Below are positions 37,228 through 50,088 of a stretch of DNA of 64,000 nucleotides, piece by piece. Positions within the stretch are counted from its first letter, which is position 1, and each line of letters begins with the position of its first letter. The position numbers were made by a program, and so were the translations under genes. This DNA comes from Ministeria vibrans ATCC 50519 (lineage: Eukaryota; Protista; Filasterea), in NCBI GenBank assembly GCA_943704425.1, contig CALSCP010001494.1:21512-85511 (forward strand), written 5' to 3'. Below the pieces are notes generated by a model. It saw nothing but the letters and a program-made list of their open reading frames with translations, ran no database searches and had not been told where the DNA came from.

Positions 37228-40117
37228 ATGGAGCGATACATGCTGTCACGGTACCAGAAGACATCGCGTCAAGCGCATCTTACTCTCCGTCTCTTCTTCC
37301 TGCCCCAGCGACTCCAACGATGTACGATTTGGCCCGCCGTCTGTGTTACGACGCCTTGCTAGTGTTGTCTCCTACGTATTCCGCTCTTCTCACTCTTCTT
37401 TTCCATTTTTTTTTTTGCTCTCTTTTTGCGAATACTATTTTTTTTTTGAAACAAAAAGGTTTCTGACAGTCGACGGAACTCACCGACGAAATCAGGCTCG
37501 GCAAGGTACCGTGTCTCGCGTATACGTCTATACATGTGCCCAACGTTGTTCTCCCGCCCCCTCTGTAGACCGGACTACTCCTCGAATGGCGCTGTCGGAC
37601 CCGTACGGTTTGGATTGTCGTGCGACGTCTCACGTTTTGTTATGTTTGTCTGTGGTAGAGGTCTGTGCACGACGAGCACGCCCGTCTGTCGGCCGATGAC
37701 CGTCCCATTCGCAGTGCGATTGACCCCACTGCCCGAAACAGCCTCGCGGCATTCGAAGGGGTCGTCAAGAAGAGCCAGGCAGCGCACTCAGCCCCTCACC
37801 CCCACTCGGCGGCGTCGTCCAAGGGGGCGCGACCATTCCTACGCAAGGGCCAAGGCATCCAACGCTTTCAAGGCCCACCCGCAAAACGCTACAGGCCGCC
37901 GCAGGACGAACGGCCGCGCTCGCCACCCGACAACATAGACGCGCAATATGCTCAACAATCGCAACGCCCTCAACCAAGCAAAGACAGGCTGCATGCCGCA
38001 GAACACGAGCGACAACATCAACAACAGCAACAGCACGAGCGACAGCATCAACAACAGCAACAGCACGAGCAACAACATCAACAGCAGCAACAACACGAGC
38101 GACAGCATCAACAACCGCAACAGCACGGGCGACAACATCAACAACAGCAACAGCACGAGCAACAACATCAACAACCGCAACATCATCATCAACAACAACA
38201 TCATCAACAACGTCATCAACAACAACAACATCATCATCAACAACAACAGCAACAATCGCAATACCCTTTTGAATACGACGACGACGATTTTGAGGAGGAG
38301 GAGGAGGAGGACGATGACGACGGAGGGTTTCCCGGTCAGGCAGCACAGACAGGGCGGGAGCTGTTCCGTGCGTGGGATCCTGAGGAGTCGTTCACGTTGC
38401 AGCACGCCGAGAAACAGCGACTGTCTGAAGCGCAGGAGCTCGAGGAGTTTGAGGCAATGGAACGTTTGGCACACTCGAGTGTTTTGTCTTCGTCAACGGG
38501 TGCGGACGATGAGTTTGCCGCGCTGCGAGGCGCACCGCCATTTCCGAAAGGCCTTCAGCAGCAATCACAACCGCAGTCGGGTGCAGCATCGCCACCGCCC
38601 ACTAGTGCACTGACGGCACGTGTGTTTGGTGGAGGAGACCGCAAAGGCAAACGACCGCTTGTGCCACAACAACACGCCGAGAGAGGCCCGACTGACGTGG
38701 CGGTGGCTGTGGCTCATTTGACTGCGCGTCCCTCAGCGACAGCGACAGGTGGGGGTGCGTTGGAGGAGCGCCTGGGCGAACTCAATCGCGAAATTGAGCG
38801 GTTCAAACGGGAAAATGCGGCATGTGAGGCACTGCGACGCGAACGAGAGACTGCAGTGAAGCAGCTGAAGGAACAGATGGCTTCGTTTGAGCGCACGCGT
38901 GTGGCGGAACTGGAAAAGATTGAGCAGATGCGAAAGACTGAGACAGACCGACTGAAGCGCGAGCGGCGCACAGTAGATCGTTATGCCAAAGCCAATCGGG
39001 TGGTGGAAAAGGGGGATCGAGAGGAGCTGGAGCGCGTACGGGGAGTGTTGAAGGAGCGGGAAGCGGATTGGAAGGAGCAAGAGAAACGCCACGGATTGGC
39101 GGTGGGACGGTACAAGGACCGTGTACAGACGCTCATGGCACGCAACGGAGAGTTGGAGGAGACAGTCAAGGGTCTTGAGCGACAGCTGGTGGAAATGCGC
39201 GATGCGGTCAGCTCCAGTGTGGTGGGGAACGGCAGAGCAGCTGGTCGCAACCGTAAGAGTGCAGAGACTGGTGCGGCCGTGTCGTCAAGCAAGAGCGGCA
39301 GTCAGGGCACAGACATGGCTGAACCTAGCAATGGGATAGTGCGTGAAGTGGTACGCGACGACGGCAAGGTAGAGCAGCACATGGGCGATGGGAGTGTGCT
39401 GGTGCTGTTCCCCAATGGCACGCGCAAGCGTATTGAACGCGACGGTTCGTCAAGCGTTCTCTTCTTCAACGGCGACCGCAAGGACAGCCGACTCGACGGC
39501 AGTGTCCTGTACTTCTACGCGGAAGCGAACACGACGCACACGACGTATCCCGACGGGAGAGAGGTCCGCATTCCATGTGCACTCTTTTTCTCGATATCAG
39601 TTTTGTTCGTGTTCTTATCGCGTCATTGTTGGTTTCTTTGTCTTTTTCTTTATGTAATTAGGAGATTCGCTTTCCCAACGAACAAATTGAGCGCACGTTT
39701 AGCGATGGCACGAAGGAAATTGAGTTTCCTGACGGATCGCGCAAGCGAGTGCTTGCGTCGGGTGATGAAGAGACTGTCTTTCCAGACCAGACTGGTACGC
39801 TCTATCGAAGCACTCTCAGCATTGCACGCGAAACAAATTTTGTCTATGCGTAGTTGAAAGAGTGGCGCGAAACGGAGACCGCACCATTGAATTGCCTAAC
39901 GGGCAGGTAAGAAGAATCCATCCCCCCTACCTTTGTAGTCACCCTGGTTCGGATTGTGTAGCGGGAAGTGCATACGCGGGAGTACAAGCGACGGGAGTAT
40001 CCCGACGGCACGGTGAAGACAGTGTTTGCATCGGGGCGGCAGGAGACGCGCTATGGCAGTGGACGCGTGCGGGTGCGCGATGAGGCCGGGCGCATTGTCC
40101 TTGACACGCGCTCCTGA
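37228..40117 (+). CDS. CENPJ: Centriole protein CPAP/SAS-4 (5' exon structure uncertain)
   Basis: [19 protein letters not shown] and a long coiled coil; TCP/G-box domain ([60 protein letters not shown]). Confidence 0.92.
38003..38255 (+). repeat. Coding 30-bp tandem repeat ([10 protein letters not shown] ~x6) decaying into poly-Q/H
   Basis: CACGAGCGACAACATCAACAACAGCAACAG units. Confidence 0.9.
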
Positions 40118-40193
40118 CCAGTCACTGTATATTGTGTATATTGGTATCTGTCTCTTGTAACACTTTGTTCTTATTCTTTTGCTTTCATTCGTT

Positions 40194-40551
40194 TCATGTG
40201 GTGTAGATGAGTGTGTCTGCTGTGGGACATTTGATCTTAATTTCGGGACTCTTTCCATCGTTCTTTTCCTTCATCGGCGAAATCATATTGTTCCTATGAG
40301 AAATACATAGTAGGGTTGAGGGTTAATTCGGCTCACAGTGCGTGTACTGACCAGAGCTGAGCCGCCATCATCTCATGTGCGAGTGCAGACGGATGGAAGC
40401 TGAAACAGAAAAGCACAGAGATCAGACACGAGTACAAACACGTGCATACACACGTACAGAACACGTACAGAACAAGTACATACACACTACACACATAATA
40501 TATAATATTATATTATATAATTATATATATTATATACATTCACACTACACA

Positions 40552-40631
<80 letters not shown>

Positions 40632-41780
40632 CGGTACCAATCGAGATGGGAGAGGAACTCGACGGGAAACGCGGTGAGGTTGGCCCGCTCAAAACCCGGT
40701 TGAACCACCACCGCAAAGTCGTCGTATTTGCCGTTAAACTCCGCTGCAACTGTTGTCATTGCTGTGTTGTATCCATCCGTCAGCTCGTCCATCTTTTTGC
40801 GGTGACGATCGCCCTCTGAAAAAATTCATTAGTGCGTTCACTTAGGACGTTTTCGTTTCGTTACTTTCGCCCTCCTTAAACGCACACATGCACTCTTCTG
40901 GGAGCACCCGATGGACATCCTTGCAGTGGGTGCTCTTCTGTGAAAGTGCCCATACCTCACTGACGTGCAGCATGCCGACCAGATTCACGAACATGCGCGG
41001 GAATTTCTCCTGCAGGCGTGTCACTATTTTGCGCAAATTGCGCTCGTACTCCTTCACATTGAGAAAAGGCTCGGCCAAATCAAGACAAGAAATGCACTCG
41101 TCGTTGGCTCCAATGAGAATGGTCATCACTTTCCAGTCGGTCGTCACATTGATCTTGTGCTTGTCGAGCTCCTTCTCAAGCAAGTTCAGCTCATGCTCCA
41201 GGTTCGAAATCCACGCCCCCGACAACGCCATGTTGAAATGGTCCGTCTCATGGTGATAGCCAGGACACACAGGGCCGTAACAGAGTGTGGGAATGTGCTT
41301 CCCTGTAGACGCGCCGACGAGAGGCACTCGAGCGTACTCCTACAAATGAGGGGTTTACATTTGAGTGCGCGTCTCATCCCATTGTACACACACACACACA
41401 CGCACACGCACACGCACACATACCTTGAGAAGATTCGGCAACGTAATCGTCACGGTCACATTGTCGTCACCCCCCATGGACCATGATTTCTGAGCATAGC
41501 CAAGCAGAGAATGAGAGAGAATGAGAGTGAAAATAAACAACAATATAACCACAAAAAGTGAAAGTACCCCTCGAATCTCCTCCGCACCCCCTTCCAGAGC
41601 AAACGCTGCGGTGATACTGTCACCAAGCGCCATGACTACGGACACGTCGGCCGGACGAAGGTTGTGGATGGACGTAGCGGGCGGTGAGGCGGGAAGTTTG
41701 GGACAAGTGAAGGAAGGCGGAACATTCACGGCACGGGCGACCGCCAGAAGGACTGTAAACGCGAGAGCAAGTCTGAGCAT
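40194..41780 (-). CDS. Secreted phospholipase B1-like GDSL lipase
   Basis: Signal peptide, LRPADVSVVMALGDSITA, DWKVMTILIGANDEC, FAVVVQP, FHPS and LWNNM..CPT. Confidence 0.88.
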
Positions 41781-41904
41781 AGTGAAAATGAAACAGAGCG
41801 CTATAAATGAGACAAATTCAGTGATCAGTGACAATCTTGGATGAGATTTTGGTTTGGAACATAAGTCATATGTCCAACAGATTTCTTTTCGCCTCGCTCG
41901 AGGA

Positions 41905-44900
41905 ATGAAGCCGCTGAAGGCCTTGCTCGAACAAAAAACCCAGGAGTGCCGCCAGCTTCATGACGAAGTGGCGCGCCTCCGCCTGCAAGTTGACGTTGTC
42001 ACTCGTGAGCGAAACGTTTTGGTACAAAAAAAAAAAAAAAAAAGTGTTCACTGAGTCTTTCCGTCTCTCTACCCTTTCTTCTATCGCTCATTGCCATGTA
42101 GGCGACGCAACTTACAGAGATGAATCTCGTGGTGACCAACTTGCAGGCGGTTGTTGCAGACTCAAGTCATAGACACGAAACCTCAACTCCTGCATCGGCA
42201 AACGTGGCGGCGTTAGCGGCGTCTTCAACCCCCTCGGGGCTCCCTGAGGCTCGGAGACGCCTGCAGTCTTTGGGAAAGGGTAGCCCGGCGACTGCCCTCT
42301 CGTGTCCCAGCTCGGTACCGGCCTGTTCGCCCGCAGTCGCGAGCAGCGACCGTCCCTCGACGCGTCATCACCAAAGCCCCAGTGCCTCGGTGCTTTCTGC
42401 CCCCCTCTCCGCAATACCCCCGCGCTCCCGCAAGGGAAGTGCCAAGAGCCAGCTCTCCAGCAAATCCAACACACTCTTGCGCCAACTCGATGCCTGTTGG
42501 CGCGACGTACCCGGCGAACACAGCCAGGCAGGCGCGTCGAATTCGTCTCGCCCATCGTCGACCGTTGCCTCGCCCACAGCGCACCCCAAGTCGCTCAACC
42601 GCGACTCTTCCTGCTCGTCGTCGGGATCTTTGACAGCGCCACACCCCCAGACTGCCTCCTTGGGTGACAACTCTACCGTCAACGCGTCGAAACCCATTCC
42701 ACCAGTTCTTCTCAATGGCCACTCGCCAGTCAGCGACGACACTGAATTGCAGAAGGAGAATGCGAAACTCGCAGGCGAGGCGACGGCAGAGGGGAGAGAA
42801 GAGAGGGAATGTGGGGAGGAGGAGGAGGAGCCAATTGTGCGCTCATTCTTCAGCGATTTGTCTTCCAATGTCGCCTCACGTCAAGCATCCGGCGCAAGCA
42901 ACTCCTTACGGGCGTCCTCGACCACGTCCATGGGGTCGCTTAACACACTTAACACATCGATGCAATTTATCGAAGACTATTTTGACTGCGAGTCCGTGGT
43001 GGGTACGCGACTCGACAAGGCCAAGTTGCATGCGACCGTCAGCCTCGCACTTGCCGCCCCCACCAACACGCCAGCCTCCTTACGCAGCAGTCGCAGTAGC
43101 AGCACCTCCTCCGCGTCGCCCTCCATAACTCCCTCATTCTCATCAATCACCAACCCTTGTACCACCACCACCAATTCGACTGCGGGCACCGGTGCCGTCA
43201 GCACCACCACCTCCACCTCCACCTCCACCTCCACCACCACCACCTCCACCTCCACCACTTCCGTCGTAGGCGTGTCCCCCTCCTCCTCCGCATCCACGCC
43301 CACCTCCACCGCCACAAGCGGCACGGGCGAAGTCAAAGAGGGCTCTCTTACGGCCGCTGATACTGAATCGCTTGTCTCTGCGCGCTCCTGGATCAATCGT
43401 CGCGTGCCCTCGTTACTGTCTCTCAACAGCTACGACACATCTGGCGACTCGCTTCATCTCAATACCTCTCATTCCGTGCCTTCCTCTCCCGACGTCACGC
43501 GCAGCAACTCAGCCACTCGCAGTACATCCGACCTGTCCATCTCTTCACTCTCCGCCACCACTGCTACAACAACATCAGCTGCTGCGTCTACGACCGCCGC
43601 AGCCACCGAACAGTCCTTTGGTGTCAACTCCCCCGACTCCCTGCGCATCCGCCGCCAGTCCACGCCCCGCTGGCTGCTGCGCCATTGGCTTACTGCCCAA
43701 CAGTCGCACACGCTTGTAGACGGCAAGACGGTCTCGACGAATGCGCCGTCACCCCTCACAGACCTACTCCTGTGCGACAACATGACCGTGCTTCGTGAGC
43801 TCGCTATGCTCGTGCCCGCCTCGGACCTCGATGACCTTGCCAAGTGCTGCATGCGAGTATTTGAGTCGTGCAACTGCGCCGCCACCTTCATGGTTATGTG
43901 CATTGAACTTATGGCCGACAGCCCCAGCACGACAGAGAGCACGCTTTTCCGCAGCAACTCCCTCGCATCCAAGGTGCTCTCCGTCTACTGTCGCATGATT
44001 GGGGTCGACTACTTGCAGCAAACCCTAGGGCCCTGCATTGCTCACATTGCCTCGGTGGGGCGTGTCGAGATCGATCCACACCGCGTCACCGCCAGCGACT
44101 GCCTCGACACCAACATTGCCGAACTTACGTCCATCTGCCAGAGCGTATTTGACCGTATCCTCGCCAGCCTCGACGAACTGCCCCATGCCTTCCGCATGGT
44201 CTGCCACTGCGTGCGCACCATCGTAGACCGTCGCTTCCCTGATCACGGCCTCGTTGCCGTCTCTGCTTTCATCTTCCTGCGCTACCTCTGTCCCGCCCTG
44301 GTCACCCCCGAAAAGTTTCAGTTTTGCGCTGCGTCGCCCTCCTCCGACGAGCGTCGCACCCTCCTCCTCGTTGGCAAGGCCATGCAAAACTTGTCCAACG
44401 GGTCCACGTTTGGCGACAAGGAACCTTATATGCGTCCGCTTAACGCCTTCCTCGAGGCCAATCGCAGCGCCATGCGCGCCTTCCTCGACACCATCAGCAC
44501 TCTGCCCGAGCCTTACATCGAGACACCGCTGGTTCTTCCCAAGTTTATGATCGACGACGCTCTCTCGCGCATTCACGTTCTGCTGGGTCTTCACATCGAA
44601 GACCTTGCTCGCCGACTTGCCGGTCACATTGTGACCGAATCCCTTGTCTACCGCACCCGCGACGACCTCCTTGCCCTTCTTCGCGGTGCCACTCACTTCA
44701 ACCTTACCGATCTCACCCACCAACATGATCTTCTCAACAGTCTCGAAGATGTACTGCGCGTGTTCCAAATGTTGCCCGTCCTCTCTTGTCTATCTCCTTA
44801 TTTCTCCTCTCATTTTTGTTTTTGTATTTTTTGTTTAGCTCCTCCTTAGCGACGACTTAGTTTTGGCGAAGGCTCTACTGCGCTCGGCGTCTATCAGCGA

Positions 44901-45302
44901 GCACGACCATCTCATTGACTTTGTGCTTCGTCTCCTGCTCTCACAGGGTCTAGCCGAAGACCTCATCAGCTCGCTGGTGCAGGACCAGCTCACTCGCGCG
45001 CCAGAACAGCTCTGCTCTGAGACGGTCGTGTCCAAGCTTATTACTGCATACGCCTTCAAGGTATGCTACATACGTTTTAGGCGGGGGCGGGGGAGGAGGA
45101 GGAGAGAGGACACAAAGGAGGCACCAACTAAAATTTTGTTTCTGGTGTGTGTAGAAGTGCGAAGGGTTTCTCAAGTCGACCTTTTCAGCGCTTGTGCACG
45201 AAGTGCTTGCATCGGACGCCAGTTTTGAGGTACGATGCTACGAAACCACTGACGTTTTCCCACACATACACCCCCGCACACCTCAAAGACACATACCACA
45301 AA

Positions 45303-45341
<39 letters not shown>

Positions 45342-46197
45342 AAGATACACACACTCACACCCACACACACCCTCACTCTTTTCTTACCACATGTCTTACC
45401 ATCTGTCTTGTTCTCCCTTTTTCTAGTACGATGAGGCGCGTGCGGGTGCCGACGACGATCTTGAGGCCAACGAGCAGGTGCTTGTCACCACTGCATCCAA
45501 ATTCCTCTCTAGTGCCTTTGCGTCCCTTGTCCATCTTCCAACGCAATTCCGCGAGCTCTGTGTGCGACTTTCAGCGCTCATTGACGCCCACACTTCGTCC
45601 ACTCCGGGTCCTTGCTTCATTGCTCAGCTCCTCTTTTCCCGTGTCTTCAGTCCTGCCATTGCCTCTCCTTCCCGCCATCACATATCAGATGGTACAAATA
45701 CACCCTCAATCTCACTGTCATTAATAATTGTATTTTTTTGCAGACATTCCTGACCTGCGCTCGCACCGGGGGCTTGCCATCATCTCTTCCATGTTTTGTC
45801 ACGTTGCATGCAACACGGCTTTTGACGGAGGCAGCCAAGTGCGTCACATCAACGAGTGCATTGATGCCCATCGCACTCCCCTCCGCTCCGCCATCAACTC
45901 ATTCCTCGTACACATCTTCTTTCTGTGTCTAATCCTCCTCCCTTCGCTCACACCCATGTTGTGTAGACGGAAAGCTCGGTTGCCGAGACGAGCAGTGGGT
46001 TGAGTGGCGCGTCTGCACCGACAGCCGTCCGCTTTTACCACTCAGCCATTGGCAGCGCTACGTCGGGTGTCCTCCGTCCCCAGCGATGGCATCTTGACTC
46101 ACATCAGCGCGCAGACATTCTTGCTCAGCTCTTTGGCTACCTTCAGTCGCTCACAGACGCCGTTGTCGCCCATCTCAAGGGAGCCCAGCGCAATGAG
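41905..46197 (+). CDS. RasGAP-domain protein with a second degenerate RasGAP-like domain; 3' end obscured by a gap
   Basis: N-terminal coiled coil and S/T-rich region; TLFRSNSLASK, FIFLRYLCPALVTP, KAMQNLSN and KEPYMRPLN; downstream exons repeat the pattern. Confidence 0.85.
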
Positions 46198-46212
46198 GTA
46201 CAATTCTATTTC

Positions 46213-46400
46213 TTTTTATCACTTTGTCTCTCTATCACTTTGCCTCTCTATCACTTTGCCTCTCTATCACTTTGTCTCTCTATCACTTTGTTTCTCTCTA
46301 TCACTTTGTTTCTCTCTATCACTTTGTTTCTCTCTATCACTTTGTTTCTCTCTATCACTTTGTTTCTCTCTATCACTTTGTTTCTCTCTATCACTTTGTT
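46213..46400. repeat. 18-bp minisatellite (TCTCTATCACTTTGTTTC)n running into a gap
   Basis: About 10 units visible. Confidence 0.95.
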
Positions 46401-46843
46401 NNNNNNNNNNNNNNNNNNNNNNNNNNNNNNNNNNNNNNNNNNNNNNNNNNNNNNNNNNNNNNNNNNNNNNNNNNNNNNNNNNNNNNNNNNNNNNNNNNNN
46501 NNNNNNNNNNNNNNNNNNNNNNNNNNNNNNNNNNNNNNNNNNNNNNNNNNNNNNNNNNNNNNNNNNNNNNNNNNNNNNNNNNNNNNNNNNNNNNNNNNNN
46601 NNNNNNNNNNNNNNNNNNNNNNNNNNNNNNNNNNNNNNNNNNNNNNNNNNNNNNNNNNNNNNNNNNNNNNNNNNNNNNNNNNNNNNNNNNNNNNNNCCCC
46701 CCCCACACACACACACACACACACACTGACATATCAGACACAATTACGTCTTAATAGTAATATTAATATTATTACAATCATTAATAACTTTGTACAATTG
46801 CACAACATCTGCCTCTTTTTTAAAAAAAAAAACATCTAATAGA

Positions 46844-48121
46844 CTACTCGACAAGCTTGACATGGTTAAATGGCACCCATCCGACGGTGTCGCGGTCATT
46901 GCGGGCGCGCACCCAATCCGAGTCGACGGGCGGCGGATGCGACGGGAGTAGCACTGTGATACGCTCGTCGACACCCACACTCAGCTCGTCGTCGCGCGTT
47001 GCTGTGAAAGTATAGGCGCCCACTGCACGCACTGCTCGTGGCGCCGCATTGCCTTCCAAGGCAGATCCGTTCGTTTGAGTCGCTGTGGAAGCGCCGTGTG
47101 CGGTGGCTGTCGCAGAGGCGTCCCAGGCGGCGTTAGCCGAGCCGACAGCGCGCAACTGCTCGTCCGTCAGAGAGTCTTGCTGCTGCTGATCTTGACGCAC
47201 CAGTCGCCACATAGCCCAGGGAATGAGAAAAACTACTCCTAAGAAGACCATGATGGGCCAGGCGGCGGTGCGCTGTCGCGCGACCACCATGCGACTGGCT
47301 TCGTCACGGCTGAGTGCTTCGCTGACCCACTCGGAGGAGCTTTCGCCTGCACCACCCCCCTGTGCTGCACGCTGCATGCCAATAATGCGTAGCATCCATC
47401 GAATCAGTCGACGGAGTGCCTGTAGCAGTGCAATGGGACTGAGAATGGTCACAAAGGTGTTGCGCAGCCGACTAAAATGATCGGCCACGTCAATCATGGC
47501 TCGGAACGAAGCGTGTGTTGCGTGGTACGTCGACTCGAGCATCATGGAGACTGAGCCAAACGCATGAACAACACTCTCAATGGCCTGAAACGCATTCCGC
47601 GTGCTCTCCTGCGCGCGCGTGACAAACGACGAGGGATTCTGCTGCGACGCAAAGCGCCCAAACCCACCGGCGCCATAGCCGCCGCCGTAGCCGCCGTAGC
47701 CGCCGCCGCCCATGCCATAGCTACTGCCATAACTCCCGCCATATCCTCCACTCATGCCGTACGCCCCCGCACCGCCGTAGCCCATAGCGCCTGCGCCGTA
47801 GCCGTACGGCGACGCCGACATCCCGCCCGCACTGTATCCGCCCATGCCGCCCATGCCGCCCATTCCGCCCATGTGGGACGGCTCCATCGAACGCCCAGGC
47901 ACACCCGGCGCTCTGTCAGGCACAGTGGGCTCTCCAGCAGGCCGTCGCGGTGTCACAGGCGGCAGCTATGAGTATTTCAGTATCCAAAAAGTGCCAGGCC
48001 ATCTTTATCCTACCGCGTTGGGCTGTACAGGTCTATCATTTGGTCTACTTGAAGTAGTAGGCGTCGGCTGTGACGCAGATGCAGACGACGACGACTCCCA
48101 AGGCTTTTTCGGGGATGGCAT
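46844..48121 (-). CDS. PEX13: Peroxin 13
   Basis: MPSPKKPWE, G/Y-rich region, AFQAIESVVHAFGSVSMMLESTYHATHASF, TM segment and C-terminal SH3. Confidence 0.93.
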
Positions 48122-48675
48122 GAGAGTATCAATAACAATACTCCCTTGAGAGAGTCAGAGAGTCAGAGAGAGGGGAGAAAGAAACAAAGCAGAGATATTG
48201 AGACTTGGATATAGGAGCAAAGTGACAGAGAGAGAGAGAGAAAGAAAAACAAAGTGATAAAGATAAGAGAGGCAATAAGACTCATAATTATTAATAAAAT
48301 AATACACATCCCATTTATGAACGCTCAAATTTCAAAAACATTCGCTCGTCTCCCCCACCAAATACCAATACGGGCAATACCCCGCTCTTTTATCCTTATG
48401 TCTCATGAATCATAAATGTTCATATCCTGAGTGAGTTCTTGATATTCTTCTATTATCAGTCATGTGTAACTTGAGTTCTACTGTTATTCTCTTCATATTT
48501 CATGGACCATGGTGAGTTGGTGACTGTATCTGAGTGTATCATGAATAAACAGAGTGTGTTTCGAATAGTTTAGTGTGTGGTGACTGTTTCGTTGCGATCG
48601 AATACCGACAAGATCAATCTATTAATCTAATTATCTTCTTCTTTTTAAATAGTACAGATTCAGATTTGATTTCTG

Positions 48676-50008
48676 ATGATACGCCGCAATGGGCCGCCGG
48701 TGTGTGGATCCCGGGTATTGCGTGCCGTGGTGGGTATTTTCTTCATTGTTCTCGTCTCAGTGAACTGGTACATTTTTACGACATTGCCCAGTGGTATGTG
48801 CGCGACAGGCAACCCCGTGCGCCTCTGTCAGCTGCTTTAACCCTGCTGCATAGATGGGGTGCACCGCGTGGGCGCGAGGGTACGGCAAAACGAGCAGCTT
48901 CGAGGGCAGACGTGTAAGATCGATATCGATTTGGATCGGTGCGCTTCCTTCCTTTTGACATTCCACCTTGTGCAGTCCACGCCGAGATCGACGAAGGCCA
49001 GGCGAGACCCGATGCAAAGACGTTGGAGGAGGCCTTTAGACCCGCGCCTCCGCATCCAGGTACGAGTCGGTTGGGTTTCATTCTGACGTGAATCGAAACC
49101 ACTCATGAGTTCTGTGCAGACGATCACAAGGCGACTCAGACAGAGGACCACTCGCAAGGTAGCCGCGAGAGCTCTTTGTTGTGTTCACCCATGCACTGAC
49201 ACTGACCATATTGTTGTTTTTGTGCAGATTCACATCCGGCCGATGTACAGGCAGCCGAACACAAGATGGCGAAACCAGTTGGGGCTGAGGGTGACCCGAC
49301 AGCCAATGGGGACGTGAACGATCCCTATTGGAAGACGGGCGAGATGGACGATGGAACACTGTCGGTGGTAGACGATCGAGATGCACTTGTGGCGTCACAG
49401 CAGTTGATTGATGTGCGCAAGGGAATGCTAGGGGACAGTAAACTGCTGTGTTTTGGGGGTCGCATGTCGGGCGTCATGTGCGACATTAAGAACCTAGCAT
49501 TGCTTCCCAACGGCACATTTGTCGCGCGGGCCAGCCCATCGCTGCCCGACAGCATCCACAAGGGCATGCTAGCGCCCTTTGTTGACATGTCTGTGTTTAG
49601 AAGGTGCGTCTCGCACAGAGCAATGCACCTGTGACCTGTGTGTGTGTGTGTGTAGATACGATGTTCGCACAAGCATGTCTGCCGTTGCGTGTGATGCGTA
49701 CGTGCACGTGCGTAGTGTGAGTTTGCCCTTCTTCTACTACTACACCGGAAACAGCTGGCACCTCCATGTCGACACCATGATGCCCCTCTTCTCGCACCTC
49801 GAGGCCGCCCAGCTGGTCCCTTCCCTTCTCCACACTGCTCCGGTGCGTGCCAAATGACATACGTATGTGTCTGACTTGAATCTCGTGTTCTTTCAGCATG
49901 GGTCTATGCGCTCGCGAGCTGCCCCTGCGCCCCTCCTCATGCTCCCGGCCGTCATGGAGAAGCGCATCCCCAACCGCAGGCATCAAGCTCTGTCCTGGGA
50001 CTCCCCTG

Positions 50009-50088
<80 letters not shown>

